Of a stretch of 64,000 bases of DNA, positions 38,510-52,132 are shown piece after piece (within the stretch, counting starts at the first letter, position 1; each line of letters starts with the position of its first letter). Below the pieces are notes generated by a model. That model saw only the letters and a program-made list of their open reading frames with translations. It searched no databases and was not told where the DNA came from. A program made the translations under genes and the position numbers. The DNA comes from Malacoraja senta (taxonomy: Eukaryota): the NCBI GenBank assembly GCA_038087875.1, contig CM075991.1:8372001-8436000 (forward strand), in the 5' to 3' direction.

Positions 38510-39372
38510 ATCAGATACAATACAATACCATTTATTGTCATTTGAACTTCCTATGAAGTTCAAACGAAATTTGGTTTCTGCAGTCATACAAACAAGTAAA
38601 AAGAACCAAGACACAACACAATTTACACAAACATCCATCACAGCGAATCTCCTCCTCGCTGTGATGGAAGGCAGTCTTATCTCTCCCCTGCACTCCCCCA
38701 TTCTCCTCCCGATGTCAGAGTCAGAGCCCCCGGCGGGCGATGGAAAATAAGTCCCGCGGCCATTAAAGCCGCGCCGGGCGATGCAAGGCCGCCCTCCGGG
38801 TCTATATGTTGGAGCCCCCTGTAGCGCTAGCAAGTCCCACGGCCATTAAAGCCGCGCCGGGCGATGTTAGATCCCGCTCCAGGTCATCTTCAACCCCGCA
38901 ACTCGGGCGGGAGAAGTTGCCATTGCGGGAGCCCCGAAAAGCGGTCTCCCACCAGGGACCCGCGAGCTCCCGATGTTACCGTCCACCAGACCTGCGGCTG
39001 GAGCCTCCGAATCTCCAGGGTCGGGTAGCAGCAGCGCGCCACCACAGCTCTCCACGCTCCGAACTCGGCCAGCTCCACGATGGTGAGTAGTCCGCAGGCT
39101 CCGCGACTGGAGCCGCAGGTCGTTCCGGTTGGAGGCCTCTCCACGGTGCTAGGCCCCAACGACAACGGAGACCCGACAGAGAAAGGTCAGGTCCTCCATA
39201 CAGAGAAGAGATTTTTTTAAGGTTCCCCCTTCCCCCCCCCCCCCCCCCCCACATATACACAGTTAAAACAATATAAAAAAACACAAACAACTACATTTAA
39301 CTAGACAAAAACAAAAAAAAGACAGACGGACTGCAGTCGAGCCGCTGCCGTTAGGCGCCGCCACTTCCGGAT
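38510..39372 (-). mobile_element. GC-rich unclassified retroposon
   Basis: Shares the CCTTCCATCACAG 3' motif and a microsatellite-like tail with elements at about 30020-30355, 35080-35830 and 47100-47460. Confidence 0.5.
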
Positions 39373-39740
39373 CAAAGGGAGGCTACAGATATTTGGCTGT
39401 TGAGTAGAGCAACTACTCGTGGATAAAAACTGTTTTTATGTCTGGCTGTGGCAGCTTTGACAGTCCGGAGTCGCCTTCCAGAGGGAAGTGATTCAAAGAG
39501 TTTGTGGCCAGGGTGAGAGGGGTCAGAGATGATCTTGCCCGCTCGCTTCCTGGCCCTTGCAGTGTACAGTTCATCAATGGCTGGAATAAAGATTTAAAAG
39601 GTGCTTATTTTATTTATACGTTTTTTTAAACTTTCATTTCCTTATTGGTGTTGCCCTATTCAAAACTCCAAACCATAAAAAGTGTGAAAATACAAAGATA
39701 ATGACCGATGAAGGAAACCGACAGTTTATGCTGTGACTTA

Positions 39741-39950
<210 letters not shown>

Positions 39951-40939
39951 CTACATGATACAAGTTTAAGCTGAGATCCAAACAGGTATTGGCTGACAGC
40001 CTCACATAGCATGGCCACAGTCTGAAGAAGGGACTCGACCCAAAACGTCACCTATTCCTTTTCTCAAGAGATGTTGCTGGACTCGCTGAGTTACTCTAGT
40101 GTTTTGTATCTATCTTAGACATGACCAACGTGGCAATCAGCAGATTGAAATATGTCAATTATTGGTCAATGTCGATTGTGAGGAGAAAGAACAATGGATG
40201 GTGTCACTGTCACACAGCACGGAAACAGGCCCATCGTCCACGCTGACAATGATACCTCATCTATGCTAGTCCCACCTGCCCTCGTTTGGCCCATATCGCT
40301 CTAAAACTCTCCTATCCATGTACATGCCCAAATGCCTTTAAATCTTGTTGTGTTTAAGAAAGAACTGCAATTGCTGGAAAAATCGAATGTAGACAAAAAA
40401 TGCTGGAGAAACTCAGCAGGTGCGGCAGCATTTCTGGAGAGATGGAATAGGTGACGTTTCGGGTCGAGTCCCTTCTTCAGACTGTGGCCATGCCTAAGCG
40501 AGGCTGTCAGCCAATACCTGTTTGATCTCAGCTGGTATTGTCATAAACTTGCATCATGTAGGATGTATCTTGTATCATGATGTTGTAGCACCTTCTCTGG
40601 CATTTCATTCCTTACCCACCACCTCTGTGTGAAAAAAGTTGCCCCTCTGGTTCCTACTAAATCTTTTCCTCCACACCTTAAACCTATGTCTTCTGCTTCT
40701 TGATTCCCCTACTTTTGGGTAAAAGACTGCATTCAAGACTACATTGAACCCGACATGGAATTGTGTGATGCATCAGTTGTATGGCAAGATTTGACCAACA
40801 AGCACAATAATGACAATGAACACTGAGATAAAGGACTCTACTGTCAGGAGCCCTTTTCGCGCAATCAACCTGCGCTGGCTTTAATGGTCCCAGAGATCAA
40901 ATTTGCACCCTTTCCCATGATCTTCCCATACAGCCCAGC

Positions 40940-41240
40940 ATAGTGGCGAGGCGGTAAGAGTTGCTGCCTCTTACCCGGCCAGAGACCGGGGTTCGATCAT
41001 GACTACAAGTGCTGTCTGTATGCAGTTTGTACGTTCTTCCCGTGACATGCATGGGTTTTCTCCGGGATCTCGTTTCCTCCACACTCCAAAGACGTACAGG
41101 TTTGTAAGTTAATTGGCTTTGGTAAAAATTGTAAATTGTCCCTCGTGTGTGTAGGATAGCGTTAGTGTGTGGGGATTGTTGGTCAGCACAGACTCGGTGG
41201 GCCGAAAAGCCTGTTTCCGCGCTGTATCTCTAAACTAAAA
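40940..41240 (+). mobile_element. tRNA-derived SINE in ACTR1B intron 4
   Basis: Full head, core and tail ending tctctaaactaaa. Confidence 0.8.
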
Positions 41241-42124
41241 TAAAAAGCCTTACAATGGTCTTCTTTTCAAATATCTTTAGGTTCATGTGCACCAGCATAG
41301 TTCTGTAGGGGCAAGAGATCCATACCTGCACTACAAACCATTCTTATTATTCACAGTATATAATCTAATTACCTTTTGATGACCACTACTTAATGCTTCC
41401 ATGGCTTTTACACCAGAATCAAACCAAACTGACTACTTTTGTTTAATAATTATGATAACTTTGTATTGTCTCTTTATTCGCTGTTAAGACAGTGGAAAAC
41501 ATTATTTTGTTTCACATTCCTCATCATTTTTCATGCCTCCATTAAATCTCCATAATCGCCTCTTGGAAGCAAAAACCTATTTTCCATTCTCTTACCCCGA
41601 AACCATTCCAGCATCACTCCACTCTTGTCATTGTTCAAAGTGCAGTGACAAGGACTGAATACTACAACTAATCAGTCCAGTATAAAGTGAGTGAAATTTT
41701 CTTCAATTGCATTTAGAACTCATTTGCATTTAGAAAATACATTGTTGGAAAAGTGGCTCAGCTTGTTCTGCGGCGGAAGCATTTCAACATTCCACAACCT
41801 ACTCGGCATAAAATTAATCTGAACAATGCAAAACAAAAAGTAATCAGATTCCTGATCCCTTCACCTGCATCCACCTATCACTGTTCAATGATTTAATACC
41901 ATTGAAATTGCCAAGCTGTGTCCCCAATCCCACCTCACTTTTCCAGCTCCCCCCCCCCCCGCCTAATCCAATCAGTCTAAAGATGGTCACAAAATGCTGG
42001 AGTTACTCAGCGGGACAGGCAGCATCTCTGGATAGAAGGAATGGGTGACGTTTCCATTCGAGACACTCCTTCTTCAGATCAGGATGGGTATCAACCCTAA
42101 ACGCCACCCATTCCTTCTATCCAG

Positions 42125-42409
42125 AGACGCGCCTTTGCAGTTGCAGCTCCTAGACTGTGGAACAGCATCCCTCTTCCCATCAGAACTGCCCCCTCCATCG
42201 ACTCTTTTAAGTCGAGACTTAAAACTCATCTTTACTCTCAAGCCTTTCTTGACGTCCTCTGAGGGAGGGCTATATGTATGTATTTATGTATGTACTTAAT
42301 CTAGAACCACTGTTGTATAACGTTAGTACCTCCACCAATGTAAAGCACTTTGGTCAACGAGAGTTGTTTTTTAAATGTGCTATAGAAATAAAAGTGACTT
42401 GACTTGACT
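42125..42409 (+). mobile_element. L2-type 3' end nested in a Penelope-derived repeat
   Basis: AFAVAAPRLWNSIP...SFKSRLKTHLY; (GACTT)n tail; same tail at about 19960-20032. Confidence 0.7.
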
Positions 42410-43436
42410 TACTCCAGCATTTTGAGTCCATCTTCGGTGTAAAGCAGCATCAGTAGTCCTTCCCCACACAGGTAGTCTAAAGATAGTCCCTGACCGGAAA
42501 CAGCGCCTGTCTATTCCCTCCCCATATTGCTACCTTCTGAGTTCCTCCAGCACTTAGTTTTGCTCAAGATGCAAGCATTTGCAGTCTCGTGTCTCCAGAT
42601 TCCACATTTCTTTTGCTTTCCCACAGGATATCCTTGCCCGCAGCAGATCCAGGGTGGGAAGGAGGTGGCGGCGAGCGTATGATTGCAAGGCAAAACTGCT
42701 GCGGGCTATCAACTCAAGAATGACAGTATTCTTGCATTCAATTTTTAAACTGCAACCAAAAGGTACCCCACAGGAAACTGCAAGAGTGAAGGTGAAAAAT
42801 GTCTTTGCAGCAGCAGTCCAAGAAATGCAAAGCCCTGCATGGACTTAACTAACAAACCAGTCCATCAAACAGTTAGAACCACATACCTGGGTCGACCCTA
42901 ATCATCTGTTTCAATGCAAACTGCTTTACCTTCGTGCTGACATAAACGGTGCACTAGATAAGGGGGAGAAATCCCCTGTTGGATCTAGTATGGTATATGG
43001 AAAGCAACATTAGAGATACAGCGCAGAAACAGGGTCCTTCGGCTCACCGAGTCCGTGCCGATCAGCGTTCACCCCGTACACTAGTTCTATCCTACACATC
43101 AGGGACAATTTATAACTTTACCAAATCCAAATTCCGTACAGACTGATCTCGCAGTCACGATCGAACCCGGGTCTCTGGTGCTATAAGGCAGCAGCTCTAC
43201 CGCGACGCCACTGTGCCGCCTCACGGAGAAAGACGGGCACCTGTTGGACTTCAGTGTCCCACTCGAGCAACACTCAGTGTAACCGAACACCAGAACCAAG
43301 CTTCAACATCTGTGGTTCACCACAGGATCCAAAAATAGTTCAAAACTGTGTCTAAAACTTTGTCACAGAGGGGTACTACATGCTGGAAGTCCCATTTGGT
43401 ATATTCTCCTGACCTCCCACCTATCTCGATGTTCCC

Positions 43437-43748
43437 GATGTTGGGGAGTCCAAAACCAGGGGCCACAGTTTAAGAATAAGGAGTAAGCCATTTAGAACGG
43501 AGACGAGGAAACACTTTTTTTCCCCACAGAGAGTGGTGAGTCTGTGGAATTCTCTGCTTCAGAGGGCGGTGGAGGCGGGTTCTCCGGATGCTTTCAAGAG
43601 AGAGGTAGATAGGGCTCTTAAAAATAGGCGGAGTCAGAGGATATGGGGAGAAGGCAGGAACGGGGTACTGATTGGGGATGATCAGCCATGATCACATTGA
43701 ATGGCTCGAAGGGCCGAATGACCTACTCCTGCACCTATTGTCTATTAT
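43437..43748 (+). mobile_element. CR1-type LINE 3' fragment
   Basis: Near-identical to 6562-6870; (CTATTGT)n tail. Confidence 0.85.
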
Positions 43749-44251
43749 CTCATTGGAGACGTTTGAACATTCTTTAATCATACTTTAGCGGACTTCAACG
43801 TCATATCTTTGCACGATATAGGCCCTTAATCTTACAAATCCTTTAGCTGTGTACTGCGGATGGCTCGATTGTATTCATGTGTAATTTTGTATTCGACTGG
43901 ATAGCACCTCAACAAAAGCTTTTCACTGTTACTTCGTTGCCTAATGAACTAAATTCTATACAAGATATTGCTCTGGATCTTTCAAGTGGCTTGGTGTATG
44001 TGTAAATTGTCCCTAGACAGTGCTAATGTGCGGGGATCGCTGGTCAGCGCGGACCCGGTGGGCCGAAGGGCCTGTTTCCGCGCTGTATCTCGAAACTAAA
44101 GAAGCACCAGAATGAGGGGAAAAAAAGAAATTTTCACTGTACCTCAGTACACATGACAATAATACACTAAACTCTATGTTAGATATTACCCTGGATCTTT
44201 TAAACATAGAAGCATCAGAATGGGGGGGGGGGGGAAAGAAAATGTGTTTTA

Positions 44252-44434
<183 letters not shown>

Positions 44435-44511
44435 TTAATTTAGAGATACAGCACGGAAACAGTGCCTTTAGCCCACCGAGTCCGCAATGACCGGCAATCC
44501 CGCGCATTAAC

Positions 44512-44711
44512 NNNNNNNNNNNNNNNNNNNNNNNNNNNNNNNNNNNNNNNNNNNNNNNNNNNNNNNNNNNNNNNNNNNNNNNNNNNNNNNNNNNNNNNNN
44601 NNNNNNNNNNNNNNNNNNNNNNNNNNNNNNNNNNNNNNNNNNNNNNNNNNNNNNNNNNNNNNNNNNNNNNNNNNNNNNNNNNNNNNNNNNNNNNNNNNNN
44701 NNNNNNNNNNN
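44512..44711. other. Assembly gap (200 N)
   Basis: Run of exactly 200 N, likely a placeholder of unknown true size. Confidence 0.99.
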
Positions 44712-45904
44712 AGGAGAGAGAGTGCAACTGTTAACCAGATCGATTTACGTGATAAAACACAAACCGTTGGCGTAACTTAGCGGGTCAGGCAGCATTTGTG
44801 GAGGGAAATGGAGAGGCGTTTTGGGTCAGGACCCTTTTTCGGACCCCTCTACCCCGCCACCATCCCGCATTCCTACACCGCCCCGCACATCCCTACCTCC
44901 ACGGTATCTCCCCATGAGCAGCCTCCCCTCCTCCAATCCTGCGTTTAACTCCAGCCCTGTCCTCTGTTGAGACTACCCCCCCCCCCCAAATCTCCACTCT
45001 CAGATGCTGAATGGTCTGTCCGAGCAGAATCCTTACCTTTGTAATCCACTGCTGGCAGCTCAATGCATTCCAAGGTCACCACAAAGCTGTCCTGCTGGCC
45101 ACTCTGTGTCAGTTACCTTTTAAGAGAAGGAATGGGTGACGTTTCGCATCAAGACCCTTCTTCAGTGGTTAGGGATAAGGGAAACGAGAGATATAGATGA
45201 TGATGTAGAGAGATCGCAGGCAAGCACCGAGAAAACGCACGTGGCTGTGGCAGCGAGTCTGGCAAAGACCGGGAAAACCCATTCTGCTCAGCAAAGCCTT
45301 TAATACCCATACTGTGCAAGGACTCAACCGAATGATACAAACAGTATCAGACTCAATTATTAAACCTATTGCATGACAAGAAACAGACAGTAAATTAAGA
45401 CAGAGCCAACATTGTGATCTGTCAGGGTGTCAAGTGATGTTACGTGATTTACGAGGTTACGGTTTTGCTTTTAGACGGTTTTCACCACCAGGCAGTGAAT
45501 ATTCTTTATGGGTAATTCAGATCCATTGCAAAGTAAGGCGGAGTTCTGGCAGTAAATACTTTTCCAAATTCCAACTACCTACTTCTCATCCTCAGTTATG
45601 TATTGTTAACACGTGATCTACTCTGACTCATCAACCATTACGCCAATATCTCAAAGTTAGCACCTACTGTAGCACCCACCCAAGAATATATCACTTTCGG
45701 TAATGGATCCTTGACTACACTAGCTTTTGATTCACAGTGATTATGGTAAAAAGGCTCCAAAGTTAGCACAAGCTCTCCTGTGCCTGTGATTTTTCTCTTG
45801 GAGCACACGGCTACAAAATGCAAGCAGAATGATAGATGTGTTATTTTGACAGCAAACTCAATACTAGCATTTATTTCAAGAGGGCTTGCATACAAAAACA
45901 GGGT

Positions 45905-46680
45905 TGTAATGTTGAGGTTCTATAAAATAAGTAAGGCCGCATTTGGAATATTGTGAGCAATTTTGGACACCATATCTGAGGAACGATATGCTGGCTCTGG
46001 AGAGGGTCCAGAAGAGATCTACAAAAATGATCCCAGGAATGAGTGGGTTAACCTATGATGAACGTTTGTTGGCAATGGGCCTGGACTCGCTGGAGTTTAG
46101 AAGATTGAGGGGGGACCTCTGAAACATACAGAATAGTGAATGGCTTAGATCGAGAGTCAAGAGTGTTTTATTGTCATATGTCCCGGATGGGGCAATGAAA
46201 TTCTTACTTGCTGCAGCACAACAGAATAGTAGGATGCCAAAACCAAAACAATACTCCAAGTGGATCTTTCCACTAGTGGGAGAGTCAAGGACTAGAGGTC
46301 ATAGCCTCAGAATTAAAGGATGTTCTTTTAGGAATTAGCTGAGGAGAAATTTCTTTAGTCAGAGGGTGGTGAATCTGTGGAATTCTTTGCCACAGAAGGC
46401 TGTGGAGGCCAAGTCAGTGGATATTATTAAGGCAGAGATAGATAAGATTCTTGATTGGTACAGTTGTCAGAGGTTATGGGGAGAAGGCAGAAGAATGGGG
46501 TTAGGAGGGAGAGATAGATCAGCCATGATTGAATGGCGGAGTCAAGGATCCATTACCGAAAGTGATATATTCTTGGGTGGGTGCTACAGTAGGTGCTAAC
46601 TTTGAGATATTGGCGTAATGGTTGATGAGTCAGAGATCACGTGTTAACAATACATAAGCCTAATTCTACTCCTATCACTA
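45905..46680 (+). mobile_element. CR1-type LINE 3' fragment with internal insertions
   Basis: RPHLEYCEQFW...LERVQ...MVNLWNSLPQKAVEAKS. Confidence 0.8.
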
Positions 46681-47857
46681 ATGACATCCTCGATCACCAG
46701 CCAAGTAGTCCATGCCCCTACTTCAGTAACCAGTTTCTGCTACAATAGTTCAATAGAGCTTTATTTTTATATTAAACTTTGTCAGTTTTAAAACCTCTGG
46801 GTGTCACTTGCAAGTCCAGCATTGACTGCCCAACCCTAATGAGCCTTGTGTGGTTTGCAAGGTGATTTCAGAGTCAGAATCATTCAGCACAGAATTAGTC
46901 CCGTTGGCCCAACTCGTCCATGGCGACCAAGGTGCCCATCCACGCTAGTTCCATTTGCCCCTATTTGACCGGTATCCCGCAAAGCCTTTCCCCTCCTTGT
47001 GTCTTTAAATGTTGCTATAGTGATCTCAACCACTTTGGCTGGCAGCTCACTCCATATCCCACCACATATTGTCCCTCGGGTTCCTATTACATTTTTAGAT
47101 TAGATTCAATTTATTGTCATTGCACATTTACAGTACAACGAAATGGTTTAACCTGCAGTCATAACATAGAATAAAATAACAAAACACACACTTAACATCC
47201 ACCACAGTGAGTCCACCAGGCACCTCCTCACTGTGATGGAAGGCAAAAAGTCCCAAAGTCCATGTCCAATCCCTCCTTGCTCTCCCTCTGCGCTGAGGCG
47301 ATCCAGGCCTCCGATGTTGTGACCCCGCCGGGTGATGGTAAGCAAGTCCCCGCGGCTGAATCCGAGCTCCGCAAACGGGCCGGTTCAAACTCCGCGGCCC
47401 GGGGCGGTCGAAGCTGCCGCCCTCCAGTCCAGCGGACGAAGCTGTTGTTGCGGGAGCCCCAGAAAATCTTTCCACTCTCACCTTGAACGTATGTCCTCTG
47501 GATTCCCCTACCCTGGGTGAACGACTCTGCAGTCAAACTATTGCCCTCATGATTGCACACACCTCTGTAAGACCACTCCTCAGCCTACTCTGCTCCAAGG
47601 AATAAAGTCGTAGCTTGTCCACCCTCTCCCTACTGCTCAGGCCTAAAGAGCCCTGGCAACATCCTCATTAATCTCTTCTGCACTGTTTCCGGCTTAACGT
47701 CATCCTTCCTATAGTAGGGTGACCAAACCAAACCAATACTCCAACTGTGAAGGAAACATCAGTGTCAACTACATGAATAGATCTGGAGTCAAACCATTAT
47801 CATCAGTCGAGACTCAGCTCCTCAGACTCAGTCTATGACCCATCAGATCAGACCAAA

Positions 47858-48275
47858 TACGATACAATAGAACTTTATTTATCCCGGGGGGGGGAATTGA
47901 TCTGCCAACGGTCATAAAACACAAGATACATGAAATTATGGATTGGGGATGTGCAAAGATTTGGGGCGGGGGGTGGGGGGGTGGGGGGAGGGGGGGGGGG
48001 GGTTGGGGAGTCAGTCTACCCCATGACCGAAGGGGAGGAGTTGTACTGGTTGATGGCCACAGGAAGAAGGATCTCCTGTGGTATTCTGTGCCGCATCTTG
48101 GTGGGAACCAGTCTGTTGCTGAAGGTGCTCCTCAGGTTGAGCAGTGTGTCATGGAGGGGGTGAGCTGTATTGTCCAGGATGCTCCGCAGTTTGAGGAGCA
48201 TCCTCCCTTCCGAGACCAACCTCCCCGTGAATCCAACTCCGCCCCCAGGACGGAGCCAGCCTTCCTGATGAGCTT
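47858..48275 (-). mobile_element. Rex1/Babar-type LINE 3' fragment
   Basis: KLIRKAGSVLG...GRMLLKLRSILDNTAHPLH; near-identical to 337-697. Confidence 0.75.
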
Positions 48276-48759
48276 GTAATAAGGGTAAAGATCACAAATT
48301 TTCGCCCCAAAGGACATCAACGAACCAGGTGGATTTCTCTAACAATCCAACAGCTCTATGATCAGCATTTCTCATTAACAGCTTCCATTTTAATTCCAGA
48401 GCATTAACAGCTGCCATGTGAGCTTTGGACACGGTACCAAAGGGTTTCGGGTTACTTGTCTGCAAAGTTAATGTGCCACCCGTTTTTGATATTGTAGACT
48501 TCCGAATAGAGTCTACGAAACGCAAGTAGGAATCCGTAAGGGGGAAGAGAACGACAATGGACGCAACTATTCACCACTTTTGTCTGAGGGTAAAGTTAAC
48601 GACTCCATTACAAAGCATGTGTAAAACAACTTTACAAGAGCATCGAACAGTACAGAATAGGAACAAGCCCTTTGGCCCACGACGTCTGTGCCACACCCGC
48701 TGCAAAGTACTATATCTTTGTACCATATTACAAAATATAATAATTGTTTAGAAGCAGGC

Positions 48760-49265
48760 AACATGGTGGCATCAGTGGTGGCCAGTGCTCTGTTTTTTGC
48801 GGTGGCCTGTTGGGGAGATGGCGCTCGCATAGCGGACAAAAACAGACTGGACAAACTGATCAGGAAGGCCGGCTCAGTGGTCGGGGCTGAGCAACGAACG
48901 GTCCCAGCAGGTGGCAGAGGCCAGATCACTGAAAAAACTGGGTTCTATAATGACCAACCCCACTCACCCACTCCATGCCCTGAAGGTGATCAAGAGCAGC
49001 AGCTTCAGTCAGAGACTGATTGCACCAATGTGCAAAATGGAGAGACATAGGAAGTCCTGTTTACCAGCTGCGATAAGGTTATACAATGCGCATAAATAAC
49101 TGCACTTTTTTTTAAATTAATTGTATTTTAACTTGTATTTTAACTTGTATTTTAACTTTTTAAGTATGGAAGCTATTTGTGGTGTTATGTATGTCTTGAA
49201 GCTGTCGTGGCATTGTAATTTCCTGCAAAGGATTATTAAAGGTATATCTTATCTTATCTTATCTA
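48760..49265 (+). mobile_element. Rex1/Babar-type LINE 3' fragment (different subfamily)
   Basis: SVVASALFFAVACWG...LDKLIRKAGSVVG...HPLH...PAAIRLYN; (TCTTA)n tail. Confidence 0.75.
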
Positions 49266-51810
49266 GCAGTATAGAGCTACTGGCTTACAGCGCCAGAGAC
49301 CCGGGTTCGATCCCGACTATGGGCGCTGTCTGTACGGAGTTTGTACATTCTCCCCGTGACCTGCGTGGGTTTTCTCCGAGATCGGTTTCGTCCCACACTC
49401 CAAAGATGTACAGGTTTGTATGGCTTGGTGTAAATGTAATTGTCCCTAGTGTGTGGAGGGCAGTGTTAGGGTGTGGGGATCGCTGGTCGGTGCGGACTTG
49501 GTGGGCCGAAGAGCCTGCATCTCCTAAACAATAGACAATAGGTGCAGGAGTAGGCCATTCGGCCCTTCGAGCCAGCACCGCCATCCAATGTGATCATGGC
49601 TGATCATCCCCAATCAGTACCCCGTTCCTGCCTTCTCCCCATATCCCCTGACTCCACTAGACCAAAGAAACCCACATCCCTCCCTTCCCCACGTATCCAA
49701 GTTACCTATCCAAAAATGCCACTATTGTACCTGCCTCCACCACCACCCCTGGCTACACCTTCCAGGCACCCCTTAAAAATTACCCCGGCACATCCCCCTT
49801 TAAAATTTGGCCCCCTCACCTTTCCACAGCTCGATCCAAACCCTCAGCTGTAACCACCTGGAAAGACGAAGACTGCAGGGACACGGGAATGCCACTGCTT
49901 GCAATTTGTCCTGCAAGTCACACACCACTGCAGTCTGAAAAGATATTAGCATGACTTCACATCGATTCCGGAACTCCCCACCCAGCAGCTTCACCACGCT
50001 GTCCGCAGTGATGCTTGCAAGGTGCTGGCTGACCACTGCCGTCTCAGTTATTTAAGGATGAGCGACAAATGCCGGCCAAGCCCACATCCTGTGAATGTGG
50101 AAAAAAAAAAACCTCTTGACTTTAGAGATACAGCGTGGAAACTGGCCCTTCGGCCAGCAATCACCCCGTACACAAGCACTATCCCACACGGTAGGGATGA
50201 TTTTTACAATTTGCAGAAGCCAATTAATCTACAAAACCTGCACGTCTTTGGAGTGGGGGAGGAGGCCGGAGCACCCGGGGAAAACCCTCGCGGGTCACAG
50301 GGAGAAAGTACAAACTCCGTACAGACAGCACCCGAGGTTTGGATCCAACCCGGGCCTCTGGCACGGTGAGGCAGCAACTCTACCGCTGGGCCATTGAACT
50401 GCCCCTCTAAAGAGTCGTCAAAAACGCAGTTTATTCGACACGACAAGTGCTCAAGTGACTCGACCCGACAGCCAGGGGGACACTGACCTTGCACCACTGT
50501 GAGGCAGTTGTCTGAACCCAGGATTCTGCCTTCAGTTCCTCATGAACATAAATAAGTACTGTGGCTGCACCTGTTACCTGTGACCAAAGTCTGCTCCGTT
50601 CTGGGGAGGGGACGAGAGGATTGACCGATTATCAAGGACTAACAACTTCTCAGAAAAGACTGAACGAGTTAAGTTCTTTAGGAAAGAAGAGCGAGCAGAG
50701 AGATCTTGTCAAGAGTAAAAAGAGGCATGATAATGGAGTTGTGGAAAAGTCCAACCGGGGGTGGGGGGGACGAAAGGAGGAGGAGATGCAGATACATTAA
50801 GCACTAATTAGCAACAGAATCTTCTGGCTCTCCTTCTGGCAACAGAATCTTCTGCAGTGCTGGCTCGAAGGGCCGAACGGCCTACTCCTGCACCTATTGC
50901 TCTATTCTGCAATGTAAACACATTCAAGTCACTGGCAATGGGAGCATTTGAGATGGAGTGTAGCGTTGATGGATTTAAGTGAGGGTACACAAAAGTGCTA
51001 GAGAAACTCAGCGGGTGCAGCAGCATCTATGGAGCGAAGGAAATAGGCAACGTTTCGGGCCGAAACCCTTCTTCAGACGGAAAGGAAGCGAGAGTGGTCG
51101 TGCAATGCTGATGGGCTTGGATGAAAGAGGCATGAGGTGGGCCGGATATGACTGTCACCCAACAACCGCGAGCGCAGGGAACACCGAGGCACGATGCTGC
51201 TTTACAAAACAATGACACTAAAACGCTTGAGCAACTCACCGGGTGTCAAGGGTTATGGGGAGAAGGCAGGAAAATGGGATTAGGAGGCAGAGATCAGCCA
51301 TGATTGAATGGCGGAGTAGGCTCGATGGGCCGAAGGGCCCAATTCTACTCCTACAACTTGAAATCTTGGGTCAGGCAGCATCTCTGGAGAACATGGAAGC
51401 GTCCCGAACCGAAATGTCACCTGTCCGTGTTCTCCAATGCTGCTGCCTGACTGGTCGACTTACTCCAGCATTTTGTGCCGTTTAAAAAAAACATGAACAC
51501 CTCCTGCTTCGCCTCAGCGGTGATCATGTGAGTGTGAGCGGATAAAGTCAATGATCTATTCTTGGAGCTTGCTGCAGCATTGCAGGAACGTGCCCACGAT
51601 ACATGCCAAGAATACTTTTTAGAGCACCTTTGAATAAGGGAGGATGGGAGCTGCCCACAACAGGAGTCAGCGCCTGTTGTCTGCCCTCTACAACATTGCA
51701 AGCTGAGGGGAAACTCAGGATTCTGCACCTCTTTAGTTTAGTTAACTTCAGAGATACAGCATGGAGGAAGGCCCTTGAGTTTGCCCCGACCAGCAATCCC
51801 CACACACTTA

Positions 51811-52132
51811 TGGCCCTGTCCCACGGTACGAGTTCATTCCAAGAGCTCTCCCGTGTTTGCCCCGATTCGAACTGGGAGATTTACGGTAATGGCCGCTCGT
51901 CGGTACTCGGGGCTCTCGTGGACATTTTTCAACATGTTGAAAATTCTTCCCGAGCTTACCTGCCGTTAGCGAGTCTTCCCGAGTGCCCGCCATTAGCGTT
52001 ACGAGCCGCTAAGAGACGTCCCCGAGCTCCGACGTACCCGCTACGTTCATTCTCCGTGTTTACCACGAGTTTGATTTTTTTTTAAACTCGGGAGAGCTCT
52101 TGGAATGAACTCGTACAGTGGGACAGGGGCTA
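51811..52132. mobile_element. Second copy of the same MITE family, opposite internal orientation, inside a SINE
   Basis: TIRs GGCCCTGTCCCACGGTACGAGTTCATTCCAAGAGCTCTCCC / GGGAGAGCTCTTGGAATGAACTCGTACAGTGGGACAGGGGC; TTA/TAA flanks. Confidence 0.8.

Noticed and set aside
45037..45103. Minus-strand exon-like piece SGQQDSFVVTLECIELPAVDYK|gtaagg
   Set aside because: Good donor but no convincing acceptor, no similarity to ACTR1 exons 1-3 and no recognisable homolog.
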